A program made the translations under genes and the position numbers. A DNA stretch of 46,293 nt, taken from IMG/VR virus record IMGVR_UViG_3300020042_009326, positions 1 through 46,293 of that record; one strand, written 5' to 3'. The DNA comes from a virus. Lineage: Duplodnaviria; Caudoviricetes. The notes beneath the pieces were generated by a model that was not told the DNA's origin, did not search any database, and worked only from the letters and a program-made list of their open reading frames with translations. The stretch's first letter is position 1, and each line of letters starts with the position of its first letter. Below, piece after piece: positions 45,159-46,293 of this stretch.

Positions 45159-45443
45159 TCAACACTTCCAACGCTTTCTCGCTTGACGAAGCCTGCTGTT
45201 AGGGTCCTTGGCAGCCTCAGGAAAATCCTTCATCTGTCCTTCCGACCTGGCGCAATATGAAGCACGACGCTTCGCCTCTGTGGGCGAAGGCTTGCTAGAA
45301 GTCACCGCCGTCTTGAGCTTGCTTCCAGGATTGGCCTGGCGATACGCTGCAACGCCTTTCTTGGTCATGCCAGCACCGGCCTTGGTAGCGCGGAAGTTCC
45401 CGCTCTTCACCGAGGTTTTAATGCCCATGCCCTTGGAGGCCAT
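45159..45443 (-). CDS. small basic protein (DUF6321-like)
   Basis: GMTKKGV..YR..NPGSKLKTAV, RR.SYCARS.GQ and R.RWKC motifs. Confidence 0.75.
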   Translation of the reverse strand: MASKGMGIKTSVKSGNFRATKAGAGMTKKGVAAYRQANPGSKLKTAVTSSKPSPTEAKRRASYCARSEGQMKDFPEAAKDPNSRLRQARKRWKC

Positions 45444-45745
45444 TATTGCGCTGCCCCACCATAAAAGAACAACGTCACGCTGGTAATTTCAACACCAGAG
45501 ACATCAATGAACACCCCCGAATCAAAGAGGATTCCTTGGTCCGGCAAAAGAATGTCAGTGGCTCCAGCCACTGCGGCGGTGGTGAGAGCCAGCAATGCCG
45601 TGCTCCCAACAGTACTGCCATTCCTTAGGGTAATTGTTCCGGCCGTTGCCGTGTTTGTGAAATAGATGCCGGCTACCCTTGTGCGACCGGCAATTGCATG
45701 CGCATCGACAGTCTTTGTGACTGCCTGAATATTGCTGTTGCTCAT
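45443..45745 (-). CDS. small virion protein
   Basis: GRTRV.GI, P.QGILF..GV and VTLFFY; beta-rich. Confidence 0.75.
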   Translation of the reverse strand: MSNSNIQAVTKTVDAHAIAGRTRVAGIYFTNTATAGTITLRNGSTVGSTALLALTTAAVAGATDILLPDQGILFDSGVFIDVSGVEITSVTLFFYGGAAQ

Positions 45746-45757
45746 GTCGGCTCCTGA

Positions 45758-46225
45758 TTAAGCAGTGCGTGTGAACACGTAGGCTGTGGCGCTAGAGAAC
45801 ATGAGGGTGAAACGGGCCACGCCTATTGCAGCTATAGCAACAGTCAGGTCACCAAAGCTGCCGGGGGTATCAGTAGCAGCGGTGGACAAGATGCCGTTGG
45901 TTGCTACAACCATGGTTACTACGCCTGAGCTTGTGCTTGCGGTGTTGTCAATGTACAAGTCGAACACAGTGCCTTTGACCGCGCCGAGGGCTGCACCAAG
46001 CAAAGTGCCTGTGGGCAGAGTAAGGGCTACAGCCGTTGTTGAAGTGACTGTGATGTAGCCGGTTGCTACCTGTGCTGCTGTGAGGGTTGCAGTGGCAGCG
46101 ATTGCAACGGTTGTGTCGTGCGTGATGCTACCTGATCCTGCAATGTTGCCCGTGACGTTGCCCGTCAAGGTTCCAATAAAGCCGTTGGTAGACGTAACCG
46201 GGCCCGAAAACGTGGTTGATGCCAT
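45758..46225 (-). CDS. virion protein (capsid decoration-like)
   Basis: MA.TTFSGPV.S.NGF start; TLPT motif; Thr/Ala-rich. Confidence 0.75.
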   Translation of the reverse strand: MASTTFSGPVTSTNGFIGTLTGNVTGNIAGSGSITHDTTVAIAATATLTAAQVATGYITVTSTTAVALTLPTGTLLGAALGAVKGTVFDLYIDNTASTSSGVVTMVVATNGILSTAATDTPGSFGDLTVAIAAIGVARFTLMFSSATAYVFTRTA

Positions 46226-46231
46226 GATTTT

Positions 46232-46293
46232 TCCTTACATACAAGTTAGGTGCATCAGTCTGTATGTCGTCAGCCGGGGCTGTCTAATGCACC
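46232..46293 (-). ncRNA. candidate cis-regulatory pseudoknot abutting the RBS
   Basis: GGUGCAUUAG/CUGAUGCACC stem; inner CAGC/GCUG hairpin; ACAUACAG/UUGUAUGU pairing next to AAGGA. Confidence 0.55.

Noticed and set aside
1-46293. Alternative genetic code or introns/inteins
   Set aside because: Core genes are intact, of normal length and densely packed under the standard code

Overview
This is about 46 kb of a tailed dsDNA phage genome with podovirus-like architecture. There is no tape-measure or sheath gene; tail-tubular/stabilisation proteins, a tail fibre and large ejection proteins are present. Almost everything is on the minus strand. From right to left: head-proximal small virion genes, head-tail connectors, a tail fibre with an S74 chaperone, a lysis module, a tail tubular B-like protein and five large ejection-type proteins (21-46 kb); a plus-strand SNF2 helicase plus PD-(D/E)XK exonuclease pair (19-21 kb); a replication module (SSB-like, AEP primase, UvrD-like helicase, PolA with Leu at the 762-equivalent position; 12-19 kb); many small accessory genes (6-12 kb); an AT-rich non-coding region followed by terS and a VRR-NUC nuclease; and an early region of sigma70-driven gene cassettes (0-4.4 kb). 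Large terminase, portal, major capsid, integrase and tRNA genes were not seen. From recall, not a search, the gene order resembles HTVC023P-type and uncultured freshwater podophages, and a proteobacterial host is inferred. Most notable observations: (1) an FG-repeat, Q/P/G-rich gene apparently created by duplicating a gene junction in the ejection module; (2) a recurring [MFY]xxGG motif across virion proteins, linked to a tape-measure-type GPG-D-GEF domain; (3) three candidate structured RNAs, two of which could occlude ribosome-binding sites; (4) repeat-bounded gene cassettes in the early region. All family assignments come from visual motif recognition.
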